DNA of 26,385 nucleotides, from the NCBI GenBank assembly GCA_035653495.1, contig DASRBR010000023.1:1-26385 (forward strand), written 5' to 3'. Below, piece after piece: positions 1 through 8,027 of the stretch. The position numbers and the translations under genes were made by a program. Position 1 is the stretch's first letter, and every line of letters begins with the position of its first letter. The notes under the pieces are model-generated. The model ran no database searches. It saw only the letters and a list, made by a program, of their open reading frames with translations, and was not told the DNA's origin. The stretch comes from Verrucomicrobiia bacterium (GTDB taxonomy: Bacteria; Verrucomicrobiota; Verrucomicrobiia; Limisphaerales; Pedosphaeraceae).

Positions 1-233
1 CGAACCAGTTCAGGTGGAAAAAACCGAAGCCCCACTTTCTCGTTCTCAACCAGGAAGTCCTCCCCTCCGATCCGATACGGCCGAAAAAAGGTCGTCCGAT
101 AACCATAGCCGCCCAACCGCAACGCGATTTCCAGAGCCCCGAGCATTAGCATCGGGAGTAGGACTGCTGCTGCTATGCGGAAAAGCCACAGCCGACCTGA
201 TGTCCCCGTGCGTTTCTGTGTTCCTGTGTTCAT
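1..233 (-). CDS. 5' part of a membrane-anchored protein, probably of the SGNH/TPR-containing type common in Verrucomicrobia; runs off the window and is not in the ORF track
   Basis: Manual translation from ATG at 233 gives MNTGTQKRTGTSGRLWLFRIAAAVLLPMLMLGALEIALRLGGYGYRTTFFRPYRIGGEDFLVENEKVGLRFFPPELVR, open to the edge. It has an N-terminal TM helix and an 'E-x-x-LRL-x-GYGY...GLRFFPP' pattern that I recall from this family. Confidence 0.7.
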   Translation of the reverse strand, partial: MNTGTQKRTGTSGRLWLFRIAAAVLLPMLMLGALEIALRLGGYGYRTTFFRPYRIGGEDFLVENEKVGLRFFPPELV

Positions 234-335
234 GTCGTGCTCTCTGCGTACCGCTCTCGCGAGGCAAGGAACTCGCAGACCCAACCGTGTTTTGCTACAC
301 TGTTACTGCACTGATTTGCAAACGGCTGGTAATGA

Positions 336-409
336 TGGAGCGGGTGAAGGGAATCGAACCCTCGTTTCAGGCTTGGGAAGCCCACGTTCTACCATTGAAC
401 CACACCCGC
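336..409 (-). tRNA. tRNA-Gly (anticodon CCC), CCA encoded
   Basis: Reverse complement is GCGGGTG TG GTTC AATGGTA GAAC G TGGGC TTCCCAA GCCTG AAAC GAGGG TTCGATT CCCTT CACCCGC TCCA. This is a full cloverleaf; the anticodon stem has two G:U pairs. Confidence 0.97.
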
Positions 410-487
410 GTCCCTCTTTCATTGGTATCAAATCATGCGCTTGCGCGCAAGGAAGGATTCGGCGCAGCGAAAAAGTTTGGCGCTCCC

Positions 488-1801
488 TTATGTCAGCGTG
501 TGCTCCAATTCTTTTCGGTGTTCAGACGACTTCGTCCTCGGATGTTCGCGCACCCAAACGTAACGGAACATCAATGTGCGCAGCGCGGCCGTCAATGGAA
601 TCGCCAGCAGCGCGCCGATGAATCCGCCCAGCAGCGTGGTGCCGATGAGCACCGCGAGAATGATGGTCAACGGATGCAGCCCCGAGCGTTCGCCGATGAT
701 GCGCGGGCTGATGATGAAATCTTCCAGCAACTTCACCGCCGCAGCCAGCGCAAGAACGCAGAGCGGATGCGTCCAATCCTGGAACTGCACGCCCGCCACC
801 GTCAGCGCGAGCACAAGACTCGTGATGGTCCCCAGATATGGCACAATGCCCAGCACAGCGGCGACCAGCCCGAGCAACACCGCGTAATTCAATCCCATGA
901 ACGTGTATCCGGCGGCGAGCAACGCCCCCACGCACAACGCGACCAGCACCTGACCACGAAAAAAGACGATCATGCAATTATTGATCTCGCGCAGTACGAA
1001 AACGGTTTCATCCTTCGCCCGCGATGGACGAAGCGGCAGATAATTCGTCCAACGGTTCGTGATGGCTTCCTTTTCCAGCAGGAAATAAAAAAGATAAACG
1101 GGCACCAGGATGAAACCGATCAGAAATTCCGCCCAGGTGGAAATCTTGCTCAATTGCGCGTAAAACCATTTCGTGACGAAAACCAGCGCGCCGGTCAGCC
1201 CAGGCAGAACGGTCTTGTTCGAAAGCGCCGGTTCTGTTCCGCTCGTAGCAATCGGCGCGCTCACGTCATTTGTGTTTGGCGTGGCATTGGCGACCGCATT
1301 GGTGTCCGGCACAAGTTCGGGAGGTTTGGCGCTGGATGCGGAGTTCGGCGGTGTTTGCGCGGTTTGACGAGCGGCGAAAGAAAGCGCGTCGCGAAATTCC
1401 TTGCCCAACGTGGTGCTGTTGAGAAAAGCGTCCACCTTGCCGCGAATCACGGCGCTGGTTTTGGGCAAATCGTCGATCAATTTCCGGCTTTCGTGTTTCA
1501 AACCCGGCAGGACCGAGCCGAGCACCGCCGACAGCATCAATGCGGCGAGCACGAAAACCAGGCACACCGACCAGAGACGCGGCAGGTGTTTGCGTTCGAA
1601 AAAACCCACTACGGGATCAAGGATGTAGGCCAGAATCAAAGCGAGAGCCATCGGCATGAGGATTGCCGAAAGTTTGTGCAACACCCAGCCGAGTCCCCAA
1701 ACGAAAAGCCCGGCCAACACCAGCAGGATGGCCAGCGCCAGCGACGTGAGACAAAACCAGAGCACGCGCGCCTGCTTGGGAGTGGGTGACGGGAAGCTCA
1801 T
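488..1801 (-). CDS. AI-2E (PerM/YhhT) family transporter
   Basis: 437 aa with multiple TM segments and the motifs 'AYILDPVVGFFE', 'FFRGQVLVAL', 'IVPYLG' and 'PRIIGERSGLHPLTIILAVLIG...GFIGALLAIP'. Confidence 0.93.
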   Translation of the reverse strand: MSFPSPTPKQARVLWFCLTSLALAILLVLAGLFVWGLGWVLHKLSAILMPMALALILAYILDPVVGFFERKHLPRLWSVCLVFVLAALMLSAVLGSVLPGLKHESRKLIDDLPKTSAVIRGKVDAFLNSTTLGKEFRDALSFAARQTAQTPPNSASSAKPPELVPDTNAVANATPNTNDVSAPIATSGTEPALSNKTVLPGLTGALVFVTKWFYAQLSKISTWAEFLIGFILVPVYLFYFLLEKEAITNRWTNYLPLRPSRAKDETVFVLREINNCMIVFFRGQVLVALCVGALLAAGYTFMGLNYAVLLGLVAAVLGIVPYLGTITSLVLALTVAGVQFQDWTHPLCVLALAAAVKLLEDFIISPRIIGERSGLHPLTIILAVLIGTTLLGGFIGALLAIPLTAALRTLMFRYVWVREHPRTKSSEHRKELEHTLT

Positions 1802-1826
1802 GGTTTGTTGGTTTCCAGTTGCAAAT

Positions 1827-2330
1827 TCATTCGCTGGCGTTTTTGCGCAAAGGATGGTCGGCGGGAAGCATGGCCAGCAATCGTTTTTGCAATGCCGCGG
1901 CTTTTTCCTTTTGTTCCTTTGCCTTCAGCGCCGCGCGGTTCAGGTGTCGCACACCTTTGATTTCCGAGTCCTGCAGTGAAGCCGCCCAGCCGCGCAATTG
2001 GCGCGAGCAGGCTTCAGCCGTCGATTTCAAATTTGAGATTTGAGATCTGAAATTCTGAAATGCCTTGCGCCGTTCCATGAAGCAAAGCATCGAACGCACC
2101 TCGCCGGCACTGCCGCGCGCCACATAGAGAAACGCGAGCAACTCGTTCGTCGTGCCGCGTTCAAATCCTTCGGCGATATTATTCGACACTGAAATAGCTG
2201 CGCGTTCGATTTGGTCGCGCAAGCTGTAGGAACACTTAAACCCATCCGATTCAGTCAGATCATAGACCTGCTCCGCCAGTTCGATGGCCTTTTGCCACAC
2301 AGGCAAATCTTCGAAGCGTTGATAGGTCAT
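1827..2330 (-). CDS. Four-helix-bundle protein (23S rRNA IVP / Avd-like, TIGR02436-type) with C-terminal extension
   Basis: 'RFEDLPVWQKAIEL...LRDQIERAAISVSNNIAEGFERGTTNELLAFLYVARGSAGEVRSML' matches the family signature. Confidence 0.92.
   Translation of the reverse strand: MTYQRFEDLPVWQKAIELAEQVYDLTESDGFKCSYSLRDQIERAAISVSNNIAEGFERGTTNELLAFLYVARGSAGEVRSMLCFMERRKAFQNFRSQISNLKSTAEACSRQLRGWAASLQDSEIKGVRHLNRAALKAKEQKEKAAALQKRLLAMLPADHPLRKNASE
2026..2061. repeat. Heptamer tandem array inside the four-helix-bundle CDS
   Basis: ttcaaat ttgagat ttgagat ctgaaat t ctgaaat; translated as FQNFRSQISNLKS. Confidence 0.8.
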
Positions 2331-2424
2331 AAGCGTGTTCCTTTCTATATTGGTTACGATTTTGTTGATTTAGTTTGTTTGCTTGCCTCTGATTCCCGCA
2401 ACAACTTCATGACTCCATGCGGTT

Positions 2425-2508
2425 TCCAAATCTGAGATCTCAAATCTGAAATTTCAAATTTCAAATTTCAAATTTTAAATTTTAAATTTCAAATCTGAAA
2501 TCTCAAAT
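2425..2508. repeat. 12-unit heptamer tandem array, consensus YT(C/G/T)ARAT
   Basis: tccaaat ctgagat ctcaaat ctgaaat ttcaaat ttcaaat ttcaaat tttaaat tttaaat ttcaaat ctgaaat ctcaaat; lies 7 nt beyond the proC stop. Confidence 0.95.
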
Positions 2509-2515
2509 CGCATCA

Positions 2516-3331
2516 TCACGACTGTCCCAATTTCTTCGATTTTTCCGTTGCGGCGCGGACAGCGTTCATCAACGAGCCGCGCACTTTGCCTTTTTCCAAT
2601 TCATGCAATCCTTCAATCGTCGTTCCCCCCGGGCTGGTCACCATGTCCTTCAACGCGCCGGGATGCTGGCCCGTCTCAAGCACCATCTTCGCGCTGCCCA
2701 ACACGGTTTGCGCCGCCAATTTCGTCGCCACATCGCGCGGCAATCCCGCCGCCACGCCGCCGTCGCTCAGCCCCTCGATCATCAAATAGACATACGCCGG
2801 TCCGCTGCCGCTCAATCCCGTCACTGCATCCAGCAGCGATTCCTTCACCGAAAACGAAATGCCCACCGCGGAAAAAAGTTTCTGCGCAAGCTGCGCGTCT
2901 TCGGGCAACGTGGCTTTGCCCATCGCATACGCCGTCGCCGATTCTCCCACCAACGCAGGCGTGTTGGGCATGACGCGGATCACGCGCGCGCCCGGCGGAA
3001 GTCCTCCTTCCAACTTCGCCAGCGGAACTCCCGCAGCGATTGAAATCAACAGATGCTTCTCCGTGAACTGCCCGCGAATTTCCCCCAGCACTCCGGCAAC
3101 CTGGTCGGGCTTGACCGCCAGCAACAGCACTTTGGCGAACTTCACCACGTCCAGATTGGAGGCGCTGATCTTCGCGCCGCAATCTCGCCCAAAGGCCGTG
3201 CGCGCATTTTCATACGGATCGCTGGCGATGATCTGTTCCGCCGTGACCAATCCTGCATGGATGAACCCGCGGGCCAGCGCTGTTCCCATTTTGCCGGCGC
3301 CCAGGAATCCGATGGTGAGTTTTTCAGACAT
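2516..3331 (-). CDS. proC: Pyrroline-5-carboxylate reductase
   Basis: Rossmann 'IGFLGAGKMG', 'VIRVMPNTP', 'VTGLSGSGPAY' and 'VTSPGGTT'. Start moved to the ATG at 3331 (MSEKL). Confidence 0.97.
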   Translation of the reverse strand: MSEKLTIGFLGAGKMGTALARGFIHAGLVTAEQIIASDPYENARTAFGRDCGAKISASNLDVVKFAKVLLLAVKPDQVAGVLGEIRGQFTEKHLLISIAAGVPLAKLEGGLPPGARVIRVMPNTPALVGESATAYAMGKATLPEDAQLAQKLFSAVGISFSVKESLLDAVTGLSGSGPAYVYLMIEGLSDGGVAAGLPRDVATKLAAQTVLGSAKMVLETGQHPGALKDMVTSPGGTTIEGLHELEKGKVRGSLMNAVRAATEKSKKLGQS

Positions 3332-3391
3332 GGCGGGTTTGTAGCAGGTCAGCGACGCAAGCGAAAGCCAAAAGGCTGCCACGCTCGCAAC

Positions 3392-4612
3392 TCATTTCGC
3401 GACGGAATGCCTGGCGCTTTTTACAGGTTTACCATTCGCTCCGTGAGCCGGCGTGAGTGGCGAGACGGCGCGCAATTTGGCGATGATCGGCGGAAGATGC
3501 GCGAGCAAATAATCCACTTCCTCGGCCGTGTTGTAAACGCTCAAGCTGAGCCGGATGGAAGCGCGCGCGCGCGCAGCGCTCAGACCCATCGCGGTCAAAA
3601 CATGAGAAGGATCGAGCGAACCCGTTGTGCAAGCCGAGCCGCTGGATGCGCAAATCCCGGCCTGGTCAAGCAGCAGCAAAATCGCTTCCGCCTCGACGAA
3701 ATCAAAAACGATGTTGCTCGTATTGGGCAGGCGCGCATCGCGATTGCCGTTGCGCAACGTGTTTGGAATCGTGCTGAGAATGCCTTTTTCCATGCGATCG
3801 CGCAACGCACGCACGCGCGTGTTTTCCTCGGCCACGCTCTCCATCGCCAGCTCCGCCGCCCGCCCGAATCCCACGATGTACGGCACGTTCTCCGTGCCGC
3901 CGCGGCGTCCCTGTTCCTGTCCGCCGCCCACGACATAGGGTTGATATTTCACGCGCTTTTTCACGTAAAGCAACCCGATGCCTTTTGGCGCGTGAAGCTT
4001 GTGCGCTGAAAGCGAAAGGAAATCCACACCCAATTCGCCGACGTCCAGCTTGAGCTTGCCGGGCGTCTGAACGGCGTCCGTGTGGCAAAGGACGCCTTTG
4101 CTGCGGCAAATCGCGGCGATTTCTTCGACCGGAAAAATCACGCCCGTTTCGTTGTTCGCCAGCATCACGGAAACAATCGCGGTGTCCGGGCGGATGGATT
4201 TTTCCAGCAGATGAATGTCCAGCGAACCATCTGGTTCAACTGGCAAAAAGGTGACTTCATAACCGCGCTTTTGCAGAAAATTGCAGAACTTGATGTTGGC
4301 CGAATGCTCGACCTTCGTCGTGATGACATGCCGTTTGCCGGGTTGCGTCATCAGCGCGGTATGTATGGCGGAGTTGTTGCTCTCCGTGCCGCAACTGGTG
4401 AAAATGATCTCCCGCGGGTCGGCATGGATGAGCGCGGCGACTTTTTCGCGCGCCAGTTTGATGTCGTTTGCGACCGATTTTCCAAACGTGTAAGCGCTCG
4501 ACGGATTGCCCCACATCTCGCTGAAAAACGGGGCCATCGCCGCGATCACTTCCGGCGCGACCCGCGTGGTGGCGTTGTTGTCGAAGTAATAAATCTTCCG
4601 CTTCTCGGTCAT
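3392..4612 (-). CDS. nifS: Cysteine desulfurase, NifS/IscS type
   Basis: 'YFDNNATT', PLP lysine in 'SAHKLHAPKG' and catalytic 'SSGSACT'. Start placed at MTEKR (4612). Confidence 0.93.
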   Translation of the reverse strand: MTEKRKIYYFDNNATTRVAPEVIAAMAPFFSEMWGNPSSAYTFGKSVANDIKLAREKVAALIHADPREIIFTSCGTESNNSAIHTALMTQPGKRHVITTKVEHSANIKFCNFLQKRGYEVTFLPVEPDGSLDIHLLEKSIRPDTAIVSVMLANNETGVIFPVEEIAAICRSKGVLCHTDAVQTPGKLKLDVGELGVDFLSLSAHKLHAPKGIGLLYVKKRVKYQPYVVGGGQEQGRRGGTENVPYIVGFGRAAELAMESVAEENTRVRALRDRMEKGILSTIPNTLRNGNRDARLPNTSNIVFDFVEAEAILLLLDQAGICASSGSACTTGSLDPSHVLTAMGLSAARARASIRLSLSVYNTAEEVDYLLAHLPPIIAKLRAVSPLTPAHGANGKPVKSARHSVAK

Positions 4613-4679
4613 GTTATGGTGGACCAAGCATCAGTTTAAACTGGCCCATCCAAAGAGCAAGGCGATTTGGGTGGAGGAT

Positions 4680-4784
4680 GGTTACAAAGTTACATGGTTA
4701 CAAGGGTTACATGGCCGAAAAAATAGCAACGCTCCCGTTTTGGAACAGCGTCCAATGTAACTTTTAACTATTTGACCATATAAC
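4680..4784. repeat. Two short tandem arrays in opposite orientation in the nifS/ispA divergent gap
   Basis: ggttacaa agttacat ggttacaa gggttacat (4680-4712), then atgtaac ttttaac tatttgac catataac (4755-4784). Confidence 0.65.
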
Positions 4785-4830
4785 GAACAATCCCCTTGCC
4801 TCCGGGCGCAGGTTCTTTTACAAACCGCGC

Positions 4831-5760
4831 ATGTCCGTTGCCAACGCGAAACACAGGAAGACCGCGCCGCAAAAGCCGTTCGATTTGACTGCGTTTCTGG
4901 CCGCCAGCACCGACGCCGTCAACCAGGCGCTTGACCGTTTTCTTCCGCCGGAAACAACCGCGCCCGCAACCATCCACAAGGCGATGCGTTACTCGCTTTT
5001 CGCCGGCGGCAAGCGGATGCGTCCCGCGCTTTGCCTCGCGGCGGCTGCGGCTTGCGGCGGCAAGCAGGCCGATGCCCTGCCGCTCGCCTGCGCGGTCGAA
5101 TGCATCCACACTTATTCGCTCATCCACGACGATTTGCCCGCGATGGACGACGATGATTATCGCCGCGGCAAGCTCACCAATCACAAAGTTTTCGGCGAAG
5201 GCATCGCCGTGCTTGCAGGCGATGCGCTCCTGACGCAGGCGTTCGAAATCGCGGCGCAATGCCGTTCCTGGCCGCGTTATTCGCATCAGGATGTCATCCT
5301 TGAAATCGCGCGCGCGTCCGGTTCGTTGCAGCTTATTGCCGGGCAGGTCGCCGACCTCGAAGGCGAGGGCAAAAAGATTTCCGCGGACCAGCTCAAATAC
5401 ATCCACGAACGCAAAACTTCTGCGTTGCTCTGCTGCTCGGTCAGGTTGGGCGGCATGAGCGCTAATTGCACCGCCGCGCAACTCAAGGCCCTCACCGAAT
5501 TCGGCTACAACGTCGGCCTTGCGTTCCAGATCATCGACGACATCCTCGACGTCACGCAAACGAGCGAGCAACTCGGCAAAACGGCCGGCAAGGACACTGC
5601 CGCCCAAAAAGCCACCTATCCGTCCATCGTCGGCTTGGAAAAATCGCGCAAGATCGCCGGTCAACTCACCAACCGCGCGTTTGCTGCGTTGAAAATATTC
5701 GGCAATCGCGCCGCTGCGCTGCATGGATTGGCGACATTTCTATTGCAGAGAGACAGGTAA
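4831..5760 (+). CDS. ispA: Polyprenyl (FPP/GGPP) synthase
   Basis: 'GGKRMRP', FARM 'SLIHDDLPAMDDDDYRRGK' and SARM 'FQIIDDILD...GKTAGKD'. Confidence 0.93.
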   Translation: MSVANAKHRKTAPQKPFDLTAFLAASTDAVNQALDRFLPPETTAPATIHKAMRYSLFAGGKRMRPALCLAAAAACGGKQADALPLACAVECIHTYSLIHDDLPAMDDDDYRRGKLTNHKVFGEGIAVLAGDALLTQAFEIAAQCRSWPRYSHQDVILEIARASGSLQLIAGQVADLEGEGKKISADQLKYIHERKTSALLCCSVRLGGMSANCTAAQLKALTEFGYNVGLAFQIIDDILDVTQTSEQLGKTAGKDTAAQKATYPSIVGLEKSRKIAGQLTNRAFAALKIFGNRAAALHGLATFLLQRDR

Positions 5761-5787
5761 TGGGGAGCCGGCGGGTAAGATTGGCGT

Positions 5788-6054
5788 GTGAGCATAGAAG
5801 CTTTGAAACGCGAAATTTCTGCTCTGAACGATGAGCAAAGACGGCATCTGGCTGCATTCATTGTATCCCTTCACGATTCGAAGGACCCGCAGTATCGCGA
5901 AAAGCTCACGCAAAAGATCAACAAGCCAGCCTCACAGTTCGCCACCTTGGAAGAGATGGACCGTCGGGTTGAATCTCTGATTACCGTTGCCCGCTCAACA
6001 AATCCCCGAACGCCGGCAGCAATCCATATTTGCGCGTCCAAGGCGTGTACATGA
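5788..6054 (+). CDS. Small hypothetical protein, possibly an addiction-module antitoxin-like component
   Basis: GTG start; helical 'MSIEALKREISALNDEQRRHLAAFIVSL...TLEEMDRR'. The last ~25 codons overlap the convergent hydrolase gene. Confidence 0.45.
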   Translation: MSIEALKREISALNDEQRRHLAAFIVSLHDSKDPQYREKLTQKINKPASQFATLEEMDRRVESLITVARSTNPRTPAAIHICASKACT

Positions 6055-7645
6055 ATCCTTGCACGTTGGACATCGGGCGCACGATTTGCAACCAGCCTTT
6101 CACGTCGTTCAGATTGTCGGCATCGTAATAACACGCGACCAGCACGGGAAAACCTTGCTGCTCGAAAAATTGCAGGCTCTTTTCGCGCGGTGCGCCGCCC
6201 CAAACTGCCATCACCAAATCCTTCGGCACATGCTCCCATGAACCGGTGAAATCACCGTTCACCAGATAATAATTGCCGTGCGCGTTGTGGTTCGGATCGA
6301 ACATGTCCGACCAAACGTAAATTTTTTCATCCGGCAAATATTTGCGGATGATCTGCATCTGTTTGGTGACGCATTCGCCGAGCAACTCGCCCATGTTGCG
6401 CCCGGCGCACGCGCGGCATGTCCCGCCCATCCGCACTTCATCCATGCCCAGCAAAAACTTTTTCGGATGCAGCCGGTCCGCAACGACTTTCATCTCCTGG
6501 CCCATGATTTCGTAAACCTCCGGCTCAGCCATGCAAACCGTCACCTGCCCGTCATTGATGTTTTGCGAATGATACCAGCTCACGCGCAACCGGTCGCCAT
6601 TATGGATGCGCCCGCTCGGAATAATTTTCAGCGGCAATGCGTCGCCGTCCTCGCGCCAAGGCTGCAAATGCGGATCCATCAATGGCGCGTAATCTTTTCC
6701 TTCCGCGTAAGTCGTCGCGCCATCTTCGCTGCGAACAGTGACCGGCGTGCCCGGCCGATGCAACACATTCACCGGCCCAATTTCTTCAACGCGCCAGTCA
6801 TCCAGCCATATTTTTCCCGCCTTGCCGTCCCAAACGCCCGCGTAAAGCAGCACCTTCGCGTTGGTCATGCTGTTGAACATCATCGTGAGCTGACGCCAGT
6901 CGGTGGTGGATGGAAGATTATATTCGCGGGGCGCAAGGTCGCGATCATGGGGCGCAAGCGCGAGCAAACGGAATGCGCCCGTCGGTTGAAATCCTTCCGT
7001 CTTCACCCAAATCGTGACGCGATAACAACGATGCGGATGCACCTTGATTTCCTGCATCACGCGCCCGTGGCCATAAGGATTCGCCGTGAAATGTTCGAGC
7101 CGCAACGACGCAGTGCCGCTGTGCTTGATTTCACGGTCAGCGAAACTGATTTCTCCGGGCTGATCGTGAAAATTAAAACCTTTCAGGTTATTGCCGTTGA
7201 AATCTTCAAAGCCACCGTTTTTCAGCCGAACGGTTTCGTCCGGAACCAATCGCCCCACGCCATCGCGCACAACAAACGGCGCGTCCTCGACGGGCAAGCC
7301 TTCGGCAAGATTCGGATTATGCGCGAGAAAGCAACTGCCATAACCAATGGAAAAACCCGCCGGAATCAATTCAACATGATTGCTCTCGCAAATTTGCTTG
7401 ATCGCATCCAGTCCCCGAAAATATTCCGGCGTTTTCAACGACATCGTGTCAATTCCCGCGGCGAGCACCGCGCCATTGAGGCCGTGTTTTGCGCCCGTCT
7501 CAATCACGTGCGAAATGTCCGTGACATCACTGTCCTTGTTCAGGCCCCAACCAAAAATCCAGACCCAGCGTTCTGGATAAATTTCAGCCGCGTGAATTTT
7601 AAGAAGAAAACAAAAGATGCAGGCAAGAACCAGGCGCGCTTTCAT
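5981..7645 (-). CDS. Secreted GH20-like glycoside hydrolase with an inserted CBM4/9-like module
   Basis: Signal peptide MKARLVLACIFCFLLKIHA; 'LKNGGFE...KHSGTASLRL...YRVTIWVKTE' CBM-like segment; 'FLLGMDEV' acid pair; 'YVWSDMFDPNHNA'. Confidence 0.7.
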   Translation of the reverse strand: MKARLVLACIFCFLLKIHAAEIYPERWVWIFGWGLNKDSDVTDISHVIETGAKHGLNGAVLAAGIDTMSLKTPEYFRGLDAIKQICESNHVELIPAGFSIGYGSCFLAHNPNLAEGLPVEDAPFVVRDGVGRLVPDETVRLKNGGFEDFNGNNLKGFNFHDQPGEISFADREIKHSGTASLRLEHFTANPYGHGRVMQEIKVHPHRCYRVTIWVKTEGFQPTGAFRLLALAPHDRDLAPREYNLPSTTDWRQLTMMFNSMTNAKVLLYAGVWDGKAGKIWLDDWRVEEIGPVNVLHRPGTPVTVRSEDGATTYAEGKDYAPLMDPHLQPWREDGDALPLKIIPSGRIHNGDRLRVSWYHSQNINDGQVTVCMAEPEVYEIMGQEMKVVADRLHPKKFLLGMDEVRMGGTCRACAGRNMGELLGECVTKQMQIIRKYLPDEKIYVWSDMFDPNHNAHGNYYLVNGDFTGSWEHVPKDLVMAVWGGAPREKSLQFFEQQGFPVLVACYYDADNLNDVKGWLQIVRPMSNVQGFMYTPWTRKYGLLPAFGDLLSGQR

Positions 7646-7735
7646 GACCGGATTAAAGGACAATCCGATTCAGTTGTCTATAAATTGAAAGATACTGGGA
7701 ACCTTCATTGTGCCCGGCTGGTGGGCACGCATCCT

Positions 7736-7960
7736 TGCACGGCGAAGCCGTGCAAGAAATTAGCCGGGGGTTGAACGAAGTGACACCCCCGGTTTTAGCG
7801 AATCGGGATTTGCACCCTGAAAGGGTGCAAGAAAACTGACTGGTCCAGACATGCTTTCTTCCACCCTTTCAGGGTGGAAAATTATCAACTCATTTTCCGG
7901 GTATCGTTCCGCTGCGCTTCGCTCAACCCCCGGCTAATTTCTGGCAACCCTCCGGGTTGC
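7736..7960. repeat. ~225-bp multi-hairpin REP/BIME- or MITE-like element
   Basis: Perfect 20-bp inverted repeat agaaattagccgggggttga (7755-7774 / 7923-7942). Two internal hairpins (7810-7830 and 7859-7879) are inverted copies of caccctgaaagggtg. Flanking hairpins lie at 7736-7754 and 7944-7960. Confidence 0.85.
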
Positions 7961-7987
7961 TCAAAGCCGGAAATAGTAGCGCGCGTC

Positions 7988-8022
7988 AATCGACAATCAA
8001 AAATCGCAAATCAAAAATCAAA
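7988..8022. repeat. 5-unit heptamer array, AATC(G/A)(A/C)(A/C)
   Basis: aatcgac aatcaaa aatcgca aatcaaa aatcaaa; lies 5 nt beyond the TPR gene stop. Confidence 0.85.
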
Positions 8023-8027
8023 AATTT

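Noticed and set aside
270-340. Possible att site or integrated element at the tRNA-Gly 3' end
   Set aside because: There is no integrase and no repeat of the tRNA 3' end; the next gene looks like an ordinary host gene.
14-1789. 591-aa plus-strand ORF
   Set aside because: It is the antisense shadow of the AI-2E gene, crosses a tRNA and has no motifs. The same applies to 3053-4009, 4768-5724, 6278-7774, 8049-8993, 13429-14424 and 20699-21679, which are typical of GC-rich coding DNA.
2425-2508. CRISPR array
   Set aside because: These are contiguous 7-mers with no unique spacers and no cas genes. No CRISPR was found anywhere in the window.
3392-4612. Nitrogen fixation or Fe-S assembly cluster
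   Set aside because: The desulfurase is solitary, with no nifU, isc, suf or nif structural genes in the window.
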